64,000 nt of DNA, from positions 1-64,000 of the forward strand of contig JAUCBJ010004156.1 in the NCBI GenBank assembly GCA_032718475.1, written 5' to 3'. The translations under genes and the position numbers were made by a program. Below, piece after piece: positions 40,096-53,918 of this stretch. Position 1 is the stretch's first letter. The number at the start of each line of letters is the position of its first letter. This DNA is from Nemertoderma westbladi (taxonomy: Eukaryota; Animalia; Xenacoelomorpha). The notes beneath the pieces are model-generated. The model worked only from the letters and a program-made list of their open reading frames with translations, had not been told where the DNA came from and made no database searches.

Positions 40096-41142
40096 CAAGA
40101 ATCGCGGGTTCATAATTACTTCCTTGACAGCTCAAATTGTTTCTGATCAAATGTAGGCGGATTTGTAGACACAATGACAGACAGGTCGGGAATTCTATAT
40201 AAAACCCCAATAATTGAGAGTCTAGAACTAGACTTTAAACCCATAATTTTGGCATTGCTGTTGTTAGCCGGCAATAACTTAGACGATAAAAAGTATCTTT
40301 TTTTAGTTTAAGGAAACTCAAGAAACAGACTAGAGAGCATTATAATATGATACCGATTATTAACATGAATTTAAATTGAATATGTATTAATAATATATTG
40401 AATATGTAGGCCACTCGTTATTACTGCCAACGCGATTCTGTCGAAAAGCCTCGAAGCTACTGACTCATCGGTATCATCCTTCGCAGTAATTATGAGAATC
40501 ACAAACTTCAACACATATGTTACCCATTTACGCAATAATGTGATGTGTGGATGGGTGAACTTTTGGTAAGGCAAATTATCTGAGGCGAATAATTTGGGTA
40601 ATTTGGGGTAAAAAAAAGTCTCGTATGTTTGGTGGATGATGGGTTTGCCGCGTTCCTTTTGAGTGCAATGGGAATGCTTTGAGTCCATTGTAGCTAATGA
40701 GAGAGAGAACTCGATGAAGCAAAAACTCAAACAATGGCATCCATGCGCCGGGTTGCTTACAGCTGGTACACAAACTATCAGTTATATAATTCGCACAGTT
40801 CCTATAATCACTCAACTAAGAAAGGGACGCTATGAGATTCATTCAATCTACAAAAGAAAATAATGGCAATATTAGAGTCATTGATATAGTTAGTTAGTGT
40901 AGGTTGTCGGAATTTTAACTTTGAAGAATATATTCGGAAGCATATGATTGATTAAGTACACATACATGTCTATGCATGATTGCATGTATGTGTTACTATA
41001 TCATCTGTATGACTCAATGGAAGTAGACAACTATAAATATATTTAAAAAATAAAATATGCTTGGTAAATCATTTTTAAGTTTACATTTTTTAATCAAATA
41101 TATAGCAAATAATGACATCAGATATAATACATTACAACAATA

Positions 41143-41148
41143 TTTATT
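41143..41148 (-). terminator. Candidate polyadenylation signal of Psmd6
   Basis: AATAAA on the minus strand 130 nt after the stop codon. Confidence 0.55.
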
Positions 41149-41277
41149 TAAAACAGAACAAGAAGTTAATAGTAATGTGTCTATAAGTTTCTTAGAATTA
41201 TAACAAATTCTGGCTGTAGTTAGGAAACCTTTGATGTACCAAACGCCACAACTAATGAAGACGACAACCGAAGATAT

Positions 41278-41346
41278 CTATATGTTAACAACTCGGCTTA
41301 GTTTCTGGACACGATTGAGCAGAAGATCACCTTGTTTGATAGCAGC
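41278..41346 (-). CDS. Psmd6: 26S proteasome non-ATPase regulatory subunit 6 (Rpn7), last coding exon
   Basis: Acceptor TTTTGATTCCAG|; [22 protein letters not shown] matches the conserved Rpn7 C-terminus ([20 protein letters not shown]). Confidence 0.96.
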   Translation of the reverse strand, partial: [22 protein letters not shown]

Positions 41347-42111
41347 CTGGAATCAAAAACAATAAAATAGGACATGGGGTATATTCCCTGTTGTCAATAT
41401 CATATAATTATGGAATCAAAAAGGCAATCAACAGTCAAAATTGTACCAGGTGATATTTGATGGAATTTGGATATCCATCGGTCAAAAAACAAACTTGTCC
41501 TATCCTAAGACATCAACTCAACCAAAAAATAGAAAGCACTATCGAACTAGAAGAAGCCATTAGCATTGACGTGTACCTATCCAACTCTGTACTCTGTACT
41601 GTAGATTTAAAATTGGAAGTAAACACACAAACAAACACGTTTGTGGGGCCTTCGCGCAGCACGAGGCACAGTGGTTAGACACAAATTAAATTGAGCGATT
41701 CTATCACAAAATCGGGATTGAAGAAATTTAACCATACCGCCAATAAATCAAAGATGTGATGTAATGGAAAAATGAGAAAGCGCGACACCGGGGGTTGAAC
41801 CAGCGACAGAATTGGTGTTTTATAAGAAGATATAGATAGTGTATAGGAGACCCAATTCGTCAGAAATATTAAAACTTACCTTAATGCCGATGTAGTAAAG
41901 ATACTGAAATATTATACAATTATTTACCAGTCAATGTCTCAGCGAAATAACGTAGCCAATTCTAAAGACTCACCAGTAAAAATACCCAAGCCAATCATTG
42001 TGCGAAAGAAATAATTTTGAATCTCTTCCTACGATTGACGTAGCTTTTAGAAGACCTCGTAAATTCGACTTGGTAAATTTCTAAACTTTTTCCAGACTAT
42101 ACTATACTTGC

Positions 42112-42237
42112 ACCCTACCCATATTCACTCAGTGACCTACCTTTATTCACTCAATGACTTACCCATATTCACTCAGTGACCTACCCATTTTCACTCAGTG
42201 ACCTACCCATATTCACTCAGTGAAGTTCACTCATTCA
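42112..42237 (-). repeat. Short inverted array (about 5 units) of the 22-bp satellite
   Basis: CCCATATTCACTCAGTGACCTA is the reverse complement of the unit at 45672-52995. Confidence 0.9.
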
Positions 42238-43806
42238 CTAAAGATCTACAGAACTAAAGATCTACAGAACTAAAGATCTACAGAACTAAAGATCTACAGA
42301 ACTAAAGATCGACAGAACTAAAGATCTACAGAACTAAAGATCTACAGAACTAAAGATCTACAGAACTAAGGATCTACAGAACTAAAGATCTACAGAACTA
42401 AAGATCTACAGAACTAAAGATCTACAGAACTAAAGATCGACAGAACTAAAGATCGACAGAACTAAAGATCTACAGAACTAAAGATCTACAGAACTAAAGA
42501 TCAACAGAACTAAAGATCTACAGAACTAAAGATCTACAGAACTAAAGATCGACAGAACTAAAGATCTACAGAACTAAAGATCTACAGAACTAAAGATCTA
42601 CAGAACTAAAGATCTACAGAACTAAAGATCTACAGAACTAAAGATCGACAGAACTAAAGATCTACAGAACTAAAGATCGACAGAACTAAAGATCTACAGA
42701 ACTAAAGATCTACATAACTAAAGATCAACAGAACTAAAGATCTACAGAACTAAAGATCGACAGAACTAAAGATCTACAGAACTAAAGATCGACAGAACTA
42801 AAGATCTACAGAACTAAAGATCGACAGAACTAAAGATCTACAGAACTAAAGATCTACAGAACTAAAGATCGACAGAACTAAAGATCTACAGAACTAAAGA
42901 TCTACAGAACTAAAGATCGACAGAACTAAAGATCTACAGAACTAAAGATCGACAGAACTAAAGATCTACAGAACTAAAGATCTACAGAACTAAAGATCGA
43001 CAGAACTAAAGATCTACAGAACTAAAGATCTACAGAACTAAAGATCTACAGAACTAAAGATCTACAGAACTAAAGATCTACAGAACTAAAGATCGACAGA
43101 ACTAAAGATCTACAGAACTAAAGATCTACAGAACTAAAGATCTACAGAACTAAAGATCTACAGAACTAAAGATCTACAGAACTAAAGATCTACAGAACTA
43201 AAGATCTACAGAACTAAAGATCGACAGAACTAAAGATCGACAGAACTAAAGATCGACAGAACTAAAGATCGACAGAACTAAAGATCTACAGAACTAAAGA
43301 TCTACAGAACTAAAGATCTACAGAACTAAAGATCGACAGAACTAAAGATCTACAGAACTAAAGATCGACAGAACTAAAGATCTACAGAACTAAAGATCTA
43401 CAGAACTAAAGATCGACAGAACTAAAGATCTACAGAACTAAAGATCTACAGAACTAAAGATCTACAGAACTAAAGATCGACAGAACTAAAGATCTACAGA
43501 ACTAAAGATCTACAGAACTAAAGATCTACAGAACTAAAGATCTACAGAACTAAAGATCTACAGAACTAAAGATCTACAGAACTAAAGATCGACAGAACTA
43601 AAGATCGACAGAACTAAAGATCGACAGAACTAAAGATCTACAGAACTAAAGATCTACAGAACTAAAGATCGACAGAACTAAAGATCGACAGAACTAAAGA
43701 TCTACAGAACTAAAGATCTACAGAACTAAAGATCTACAGAACTAAAGATCGACAGAACTAAAGATCTACAGAACTAAAGATCGACAGAACTAAAATTCGA
43801 CAGAAC
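42238..43806 (+). repeat. 16-bp satellite, about 98 copies, two main variants
   Basis: CTAAAGATC(T/G)ACAGAA repeated. Confidence 0.98.
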
Positions 43807-45671
43807 GACAGGTTGACTGATGTCCGTTAGGCTCATTTAACTTCAGCTAAATATTAAACTATAAGTAGCTATAATACAAGGTACTAATGACACTAGACGC
43901 TATATACGAACTTGCTAGGCTAGAAAAAGCAATGTAAATCTCAACACCATGCTAAACAACTTTACAAGGAGACACAATGTCTAAATTACGAATTTTCCTG
44001 CTTAACACTGGATGACAACAACTTATCTAAAACTTTAGCGACAATAACCTCAGCATATATCTTTATAAGTCGTAGAATAATAGAAGAGCGGAAACATAAC
44101 AACTAAAAAAACATAGTGAATTCGCGAAAAACAAGGTCGCTCTTTTAAACTTCTTTGGCAAACAACACTAAAAAATGTCAGATATTAACTTGGAATTCAA
44201 ACAATATCTGCCTCGACAGGCCGCTGCAGTCATGAGTTGCAAAGGGAATGAACGAAGTATTTGTTCAATCGTTTAACAATTGGATCAAGAAATGAGAAAG
44301 AAGATAGTTGGCTAGGTATACATGGTCGGAATGACTGTCATCGTATTTACAAGGTTACCGGACACTAACGCTCGACTATCTGACAGGTTAGTGGTACTTC
44401 ATCGGAAATTGTTTGCCATTGTGCGCAGTCACGACAATTCCGAGACGAGAACTTGATGGCGAATAAAATCAATCGATAGAGAATCCATTCAACATTGGAA
44501 TATACGAGTTAAAGGCGCATAACTATATATACTTAGTTTCTGTTAAAAACCAAATCCAAAGTCAAACAATTGACATGAATGTAATTATAACCGAATTGAT
44601 TGACCCTGTTTAAAACGCGCTTGATCTATATCCTTGTTATAAATTATGAATATTATTATTTTTCAATCACACTCCCGTCCAAACCACAAGTACATGGGGC
44701 TCAGCAGCACCTTCAAGTATGCAGCTGTAGAACAGGATGGCCTCATATCATCTCTGCTAACTACCGCTACACAAGGAAACTTGAAAAAGCTCTTGTAATC
44801 TCTAAAACCAAGTAATAAAACTTAAGAACATGATAGATTCATAAACGACTCCTACAGCATCAACTGAAGCTTTTCAACGAAGCACCAGCAACTAATGGAA
44901 TTTATCGGCATTAGAATCAAACTGTTACTCAAACACACGGTACATTACATACACAATGTGTTAATGACATTGGAGCACACGTGGTGCGTACCGCTTCAAT
45001 GGCACCTTAAAGGTGGGGGAGGAGGGGTGGTGGTTGTCATTGGGTTTGGTTTTTGTTAGATAATATTTCTCGAATGTCGATTCCCTTCAATGTCAAACAC
45101 AACCAATACACGTCCTGGATTGTTCCGGACAAAACCAACAAAGAATAAGAAATAAGAAATGAACAATGATCTGACACACTGAACAGCACCCAAAATGTAT
45201 CGGTTGGATATGTTAAGAATTACAGCCACAAATGGACCTTAAAAAGCCAACAAAGCAAATTAATCAACGACCCGATGAATGATTAAAGTGACTGGTCCTA
45301 GCGAGGCTCACTGAAACATGATGTCCGCAAAGACGAATAAATTTGACTGCTCATACATTATTGATGAAGCTATTGCAACTACGATGGGCAATCATGTAAC
45401 TAACTATATGCATAAGACGAACGTATGCGTAATAAGAAATGAAAGGTAATAATTCTTTACAAAGAACACTAACTAGCAGAAATATGGCACTCTTGGGAAC
45501 TTTAAATTAATATAATCCCACGGCCTATTTGTGCTAAGGGAAAAAGGTAACATTAGTTGACTGAGGTAATTCAACGCATTCAAGCTCTCAGCAATGGTGC
45601 CAGTGGGAAACATATGTATTCCTGAATTACACGCACCAGTTAAAATTATCTTTAAATATTCGGTGTCTCAG

Positions 45672-48600
45672 TAAATATGGGTAGGTCACGAGTGAGAATG
45701 GGTAGGTTACCGAGTAAATATGGGTTGGGTGCTGAGTGAATATGGGTAGTTCACTGAGTGAATATGGGTAGGTCACTGAGTGAATATGGGTAGTTCACTG
45801 AGAGAATATGGGTAGGTTACTGTATGAATATGGGTAGGTCATTGTGTGAATATGGGTAGGTCATTGTGTGAATATGGGTAGTTCACTGAGAGAATATGGG
45901 TAGGTTACTGTATGAATATGGGTAGGTCATTGTGTGAATATGGGTAGGCCATTGTGTGAATATGAACAGGTCATTGTGTGAATATGGGTAGGTCATTGTG
46001 TGAATATGGGTAGGTCACTGAGTGAATATGGGTAGGTTACTGTGTGAATATTGGTCGGTCACTGAGTGAATATGGGTCGGTCACTGAGTGAATATGGGTA
46101 GGTCACTGAGAGAATATGGGTAGGTCATTGAGTGAATATGGGTAGGTCATTGTGTGAATACGGGTAGGTTATTGTGTGAATATGGGTAGGTCACTGAGTG
46201 AATATGGGTAGGTCATTGTGTGAATATGGGTAGGTCATTGTGTGAATATAGGTAGGTCACTGAGTGAATATGGGTAGGTTACTGTGTGAATATTGGTCGG
46301 TCACTGAGTGAATATGGGTAGGTCACTGAGAGAATATGGGTAGGTTACTGTGTGAATATGGGTAGGTTATTGTGTGAATATGGGTATGTCACTGTATGAA
46401 TATGGGTAGGTTACTGTGTGAATATGGGTAGGTCATTGTGTGAATATAGGTAGGTCACTGAGTTTATTAATATGAGGTCACTGAGTGAATATGGGTAGGT
46501 CACTGAGTGAATATGGGTAGGTTACTGTATGAATATGGGTTATGTCATTGTGTGAATATGGTTAGGTCATTGTGTGAATATGGGCAGGTCATTGTGTGAA
46601 TATGGGTAGGTCAGTGTGAATATGGGTAGGTCATTGTGTGAATATGGGTAGGTCATTGTGTGAAAATGGGTAGGTCATTGTGTGAATATGGGTAGGTCAT
46701 TGTGTGAATATGGGTAGGTCATTGTGTGAATATGGTTAGGTCATTGTGTGAATATGGGCAGGTCATTGTGTGAATATGGGTAGGTCAGTGTGAATATGGG
46801 TAGGTCATTGTGTGAATATAGGTAGGTCATTGTGTGAAAATGGGTAGGTCATTGTGTGAATATGGGTAGGTCATTGTGTGAATATGGGTAGGTCATTGTG
46901 TGAATATGGGTAGGTCATTGTGTGAATATGGGTAGGTCATTGTGTGAATATGGGTAGGTCAGTGTGTAAATATGGGTAGGTCATTGTGTGAATATGGTTA
47001 GGTCATTGTGTGAATATGGGCAGGTCATTGTGTGAATATGGGTAGGTCAGTGTGAATATGGGTAGGTCATTGTGTGAATATGGGTAGGTCATTGTGTGAA
47101 AATGGGTAGGTCATTGTGTGAATATGGGTAGGTCATTGTGTGAATATGGGTAGGTCATTGTGTGAATATGGGTAGGTCACTGAGTGAATATGGGTAGGTC
47201 ACTGAGTGAATATGGGTAGTTCACTGAGAGAATATGGGTAGGTCACTGAGTGAATATGGGTAGGTCATTGTGTGAATATGGGTGGGTCATTGTGTGAATA
47301 TGGGTAGGTCATTGTATGAATATGGGTAGGTCATGTGTGAATATGGGTAGGTCACTGAGTGAATATGGGTAAGTCACTGAGTGAATATGGGTAGTGGGTA
47401 GGTTACTGTATGAATATGGGTAGGTCATTGTATGAATATAGGTAGGTCACTGAGTGAATATGGGTAAGTCACTGAGTGAATATGGGTAGGTCATTGTGTG
47501 AATATGGGTAGGTCATTGTGTGAATATGGGTAGGTCACTGAGTGAAAATGGGTAGGTCATTGTGTGAATATGGGTAGGTCATTGTGTGAATATGGCTAGG
47601 TCATTGTGTGAATATGGGTAGGTCATTGTGTGAATATGGGTAGGTCACTGAGTGAATATGGGTAAGTCACTGAGTGAATATGGGTAGTGGGTAGGTCACT
47701 GTATGAATATGGGTAGGTCATTGTATGAATATAGGTAGGTCACTGAGTGAATATGGGTAAGTCACTGAGTGAATATGGGTAGGTCATTGTGTGAATATAG
47801 GTAGGTCACTGAGTGAATATGGGTAGGTCACTGAGTGAATATGGGTAGGTTACTGTATGAATATGGGTAGGTCATTGTGTGAATATGGGTAGGTCATTGT
47901 GTGAATATGGGTAGGTCATTGTATGAATATGGGTAGGTATTGTGTGAATATAGGTAGGTCACTGAGTGAATATGGGTAGTTCACTGAGAGAATATGGGCA
48001 GGTTACTGTATGAATATGGGTAGGTCATTGCGTGAATACGGGTAGGTCATTGTGTGAATATGGGTAGGTCATTGTGTGAATATGGGTAGGTCATTGTGTA
48101 AATATGGGTAGGTCATTGTGTGAATATGGGTAGGTCACTGTGTGAATATGGGTAAGTCATTGTGTGAATATGGGTAGGTCATTGTGTGAATATGGGTAGG
48201 TCATTGTGTGAATATGGGTAGGTCATTGTGTGAATATGGGTAGGTCATTGTGTAAATATGGGTAGGTCATTGTGTGAATATGGTTAGGTCATTGCGTGAA
48301 TATGGGCAGGTCATTGTGTGAATATGGGTAGGTCAGTGTGAATATGGGTAGGTCATTGTGTGAATATGGGTAGGTCATTGTGTGAAAATGGGTAGGTCAT
48401 TGTGTGAATATGGGTAGGTCATTGTGTGAATATGGGTAGGTCATTGTGTGAATATGGGTAGGTCACTGAGTGAATATGGGTAGGTCACAGAGTGAATATG
48501 GGTAGGTCATTGTGTGAATATGGGTAGGTCACTGAGTGAATATGGGTAGGTCACTGAGTGAATATGGGTAGTTCACTGAGAGAATATGGGTAGGTCACTG

Positions 48601-51600
48601 AGTGAATATGGGTAGGTCATTGTGTGAATATGGGTAGGTCATTGTGTAAATATGGGTAGGTCATTGTGTGAATAGGGGTAGGTCATTGTGTGAATATGGG
48701 TAGGTCATTGTGTGAATATGGGCAGGTCATTGTGTGAATATGGGTAGGTCATTGTGTGAATATGGGTAGGTCATTGTGTGAATATGGGTAGGTCATTGTG
48801 TGAATATGGGTAGGTCACTGAGTGAATATGGGTAAGTCACTGAGTGAATATGGGTAGTGGGTAGGTTACTGTATGAATATGGGTAGGTCATTGTATGAAT
48901 ATAGGTAGGTCACAGAGTGAATATGGGTAGGTCACTGAGTGAATATGGGTAGTTTACTGAGAGAATATGGGTAGGTCATTGTGTGAATATGGGTAGGTCA
49001 TTGTGTGAATATGGGCAGGTCATTGTGTGAATATGGGTAGGTCAGTGTAAATATGGGTAGATCATTGTGTGAATATGGGTAGGTCATTGTGTGTAAATGG
49101 GTAGGTCATTGTGTGAATATGGGTAGGTCATTGTGTGAATATGGGTGGGTCATTGTGTGAATATGGGTAGGTCACTGAGTGAATATGGGTAGGTCACTGA
49201 GTGAATATGAGTAGGTCATTGTGTGAATATGGGTAGGTCACTATGTTTATAAATCTGAGGTCACTGAGTGAATATGGGTAGGTCACTGTATGAATATGGG
49301 TAGGTTACTGTATGAATATGGGTAGGTCATTGTGTGAATATGGGTAGGTCATTGTGTGAATATGGGTAGGTCATTGTGAGAATATGGGTAGGTCACTGAG
49401 TGAATATGGGTAGGTCACTGAGTGAATATGGGTAGGTCATTGTGTGAATATGGGTAGGTCATTGTGTGAATATGGGTAGGTTACTGTATGAATGAATATG
49501 GGTAGGTTACTGTATGAATATGGGTAGGTCATTGTGTGAATGTGGGTAGGTCACTGTGTTTATAAATATGAGGTCACTGAGTGAATATGGGTAGGTCACT
49601 GTATGAATATGGGTAGGTTACTGTATGAATATGGGTAGGTCATTGTGTGAATATGGGTAGGTCATTGTGTGAATATGGGTAGGTTACTGTATGAATATGG
49701 GTAGGTTACTGTATGAATATGGGTAGGTCATTATGTGAATATGGGTAGGTTACTGTATGAATATGGGTAGGTCATTATGTGAATATGGGTAGGTCATTGT
49801 GTGAATATGGGTAGGTCATTGTGTGAATATGGGTAGGTCATTGTGTGAATAGGGGTAGGTCATTGTGTGAATATGGGTAGGTCATTGTGTGAATAGGGGT
49901 AGGTCATTGTGTGAATAGGGGTAGGTCATTGTGTGAATATGGGTAGGTCATTGTGTGAATATGGGTAGGTCATTGTGTGAATAGGGGTAGGTCATTGTGT
50001 GAATATGGGTAGGTCATTGTGTGAATATGGGTAGGTCATTGTGTGAATATGGGTAGGTCATTGTGTGAATAGGGGTAGGTCACTGTGTGAATATGGGTAG
50101 GTCATTGTGTAAATATGGGTAGGTCATTGTGTGAATAGGGGTAGGTCATTGTGTGAATATGGGTAGGTCATTGTGTGAATATGGGTAGGTCATTGTGTGA
50201 ATATGGGTAGGTCATTGTGTGAATTTGGGTAGGTCATTGTGTGAATATGGGTAGGTCATTGTGTAAATATGGGTAGGTCATTGTGTGAATATAGGTAGGT
50301 CATTGTGTGAATATGGGTAGGTCATTGTGTGAATATGGGCAGGTCATTGTGTGAATATGGGTAGGTCATTGTGTGAATATGGGTAGGTCATTGTGTGAAT
50401 ATGGGTAGGTCATTGTGTGAATATGGGTAGGTCATTGTGTGAATATGGGTAGGTCATTGTGTGAATATGGGTAGGTCATTGTGTGAATATAGGTAGGTCA
50501 CTGAGTGCATATGGGTAGGTCATTGTGTGAATACGGGTAGGTCATTGTGTGAATATGGGTAGGTCATTGTGTGAATATGGGTAGGTCATTGTGTGAATAT
50601 GGGTAGGTCATTGTGTGAATATGGGTAGGTCATTATGTGAATATGGGTAGGTCATTGTGTGAATATGGGTAGGTCAATGTGTGAATATAGGTAGGTCACT
50701 GAGTGAATATGGGTAGGTCATTGTGTGAATACGGGTAGGTCATTGTGTGAATACGGGTAGGTCATTGTGTGAATATGGGTAGGTCATTGTGTGAATATGG
50801 GTAGGTCATTGTGTGAATATGGGTAGGTCACTGAGTGAAAATGGGTAGGTCATTGTGTAAATATGGGTAGGTCATTGTGTGAATACGGGTAGGTCATTGT
50901 GTGAATATGGGTAGGTCACTGAGTGAATATGGGTAGGTCATTGTGTGAATATGGGTAGGTCATTGTGTGAATATGGGTAGGTCATTGTGTGAATACGGGT
51001 AGGTCATTGTGTGAATATGGGTAGGTCATTGTGTGAATATGGGTAGGTCATTGTGTGAATATGGGTAGGTCACTGAGTGAAAATGGGTAGGTCATTGTGT
51101 AAATATGGGTAGGTCATTGTGTGAATAGGGGTAGGTCATTGTGTGAATATGGGTAGGTCATTGTGTGAATAGGGGTAGGTCATTGTGTGAATATGGGTAG
51201 GTCATTGTGTGAATATGGGTAGGTCATTGTGTGAATATGGGTAGGTCATTGTGTGAATATGGGTAGGTCATTGTGTGAATATGGGTAGGTCACTGTGTGA
51301 AATATGGGTAGGTCATTGTGTGAATATGGGTAGGTCATTGTGTGAATAGGGTAGGTCATTGTGTGAATATGGGTAGGTCATTGTGTGAATATGGGTAGGT
51401 CATTGTGTGAATATGGGTAGGTTACTGTATGAATATGGGTAGGTCATTGTGTGAATATGGGTAGGTCATTGTGTGAATATGGGTAGGTCATTGTGTGAAT
51501 ATGGGTAGGTCACTGAGTGAAAATGGGTAGGTCATTGTGTAAATATGGGTAGGTCATTGTGTGAATACGGGTAGGTTATTGTGTGAATATGGGTAGGTCA

Positions 51601-52995
51601 CTGAGTGAATATGGGTAGGTCATTGTGTGAATATGGGTAGGTCACTGAGTGAATATGGGTAGGTCATTGTGTGAATACGGGTAGGTCATTGTGTGAATAT
51701 GGGTAGGTCATTGTGTGAATATGGGTAGGTCATTGTGTGAATATGGGTAGGTCACTGAGTGAAAATGGGTAGGTCATTGTGTAAATATGGGTAGGTCATT
51801 GTGTGAATAGGGGTAGGTCATTGTGTGAATATGGGTAGGTCATTGTGTGAATATGGGTAGGTCATTGTGTGAATATGGGTAGGTCATTGTGTGAATACGG
51901 GTAGGTCATTGTGTGAATATGGGTAGGTCATTGTGTGAATATGGGTAGGTCATTGTGTGAATATGGGTAGGTCACTGAGTGAAAATGGGTAGGTCATTGT
52001 GTAAATATGGGTAGGTCATTGTGTGAATAGGGGTAGGTCATTGTGTGAATATGGGTAGGTCATTGTGTGAATATGGGTAGGTCATTGTGTGAATATGGGT
52101 AGGTCACTGTGTGAATATGGGTAGGTCATTGTGTGAATATGGGTAGGTCATTGTGTGAATATGGGTAGGTCATTGTGTGAATATGGGTAGGTCATTGTGT
52201 GAATATGGGTAGGTCACTGAGTGAAAATGGGTAGGTCATTGTGTGTACATTGTGTGAATAGGGGTAGGTCATTGTGTGAATATGGGTAGGTCATTGTGTG
52301 AATACGGGTAGGTTACTGTATGAATATGGGTAGGTCATTGTGTGAATATGGGTAGGTCATTGTGTGAATATGGGTAGGTCACTGAGTGAATATGGGTAGG
52401 TCATTGTGTGAATACGGGTACGTCATTGTGTGAATATGGGTAGGTCATTGTGTGAATATGGGTAGGTCATTGTGTGAATATGGGTAGGTCATTGTGTGAA
52501 TATGGGTAGGTCATTGTGTGAATATGGGTAGGTCATTGTGTGAATATGGGTAGGTCATTGTGTGAATATGGGTAGGTCACTGGGTGAATATGGGTAGGTC
52601 ATTGTGTGAATATGGGTAGGTCATTGTGTGAATATGGGTAGGTCATTGTGTGAATATGGGTAGGTCACTGAGTGAATATGGGTAGGTCATTGTGTGAATA
52701 TGGGTAGGTCACTGAGTGAATATGGGTAGGTCATTGTGTAAATATGGGTAGGTCATTGTGTGATTAGGGGTAGGTCATTGGGTGAATATGTGGTAGGTCA
52801 TTATGTGAATATGGGTAGGTCACTGTGTGAATATGGGTAGGTCACTGAGTGAATATGGGTAGGTCATTGTGTGAATATGGGTAGTTCACTGAGTGAATAT
52901 GGGTAGGTCATTGTGTAAATATGGGTAGGTCATTGTGTGATTAGGGGTAGGTCATTGGGTGAATATGTGGAGGTGATTAAGTGAATATGTGGTAC
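45672..52995 (+). repeat. 22-bp satellite, about 330 copies (7.3 kb), intronic
   Basis: GAATATGGGTAGGTCATTGTGT / GAATATGGGTAGGTCACTGAGT variants. Confidence 0.98.
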
Positions 52996-53473
52996 GTTAC
53001 TAATAATAATTCGATGTTCCATTTCCATCACAACCCTCAAATACAGTATAGCACACAACCCCATACCCACAAAACTAGTCACTGTAAGTGATATCAAAGA
53101 GGACTCGCAACAGCTTTAGGGAACAGCAATACGACTCCACCCCCGTGCATCTGAACAGTTTATCTCATAAAACAAACACGAGTAGTTAGTGATGCGAGGG
53201 ATTTCCCATAAATTCATACCCTAAGGAGCAATAGCGTTACAAGTAGGACGTAAGCTACTAACAGGTGATTAATCTCGTGTGAATCTTAATAATACAGTGG
53301 TTGATATACTGAACACTAGATGGGCAACCGTGCGCAGCCGAAAGCGCATGATGGGCCCGCCTTAGGATTCACACACTCGTGTGTAACAGAAACTAATAAA
53401 GGTGTTACAGTACAGGGAACACATAACTAAGTGTTACCAACCGAGACATACATCTCGTATGTACTACACTAAC

Positions 53474-53501
53474 CTGGTATTGCGAATTCTTATTGTCTGG
53501 T
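53474..53501 (-). CDS. Psmd6: Psmd6 28-nt micro-exon
   Basis: CTTTTTATTTTCAG|ACCAGACAATAAGAATTCGCAATACCAG|GTTAGT encodes (R)PDNKNSQYQ (cf. RPDSKNWQYQ); phases fit both neighbours. Confidence 0.93.
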
Positions 53502-53572
53502 CTGAAAATAAAAAGTTAAAGAAGTTACAATATAATGGATGGTGGGTAAATGAGATAGTGGAGACAGGGTGG

Positions 53573-53619
<47 letters not shown>

Positions 53620-53918
53620 CTTAACGCAATTCCATCTGGGCGAAATAATATCTCGCCTTAAATGTTAAATTACCAATTATGGGGATGGATCATGAAGTGG
53701 CACGATTTTCCAACAAAACCAAAACAATAAACTAAAGTCAACAGAACATTTTATATTTGAGAGTAATCAGCTGTTATTAGCGTCGATTGCGTCGATTTTC
53801 CCCCGGAGAGGGGTACATTTTGATTGCGTCGAAAGCGCCCCGTTCACTTTGAATTGCCATATTGGACTCAATATAAAATTTTCGAGCGATTTCGATTATT
53901 CAAGCAAAAAAGCAAGCC

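Larger units (their letters stand above)
41400..45520 (+). pseudogene. Possible very decayed non-LTR retrotransposon remnant in the Psmd6 intron
   Basis: A-rich coding-like composition with faint motifs (IKKAINSQN..PGD.DGIW near 41415-41470; MALLGTL near 45484); interrupted by satellites. Confidence 0.25.

Noticed and set aside
39693-40210. Gly/Cys-rich GGYCPG proteins
   Set aside because: Three overlapping frames from a 14-15-bp GC-rich repeat with frame-breaking length variants.
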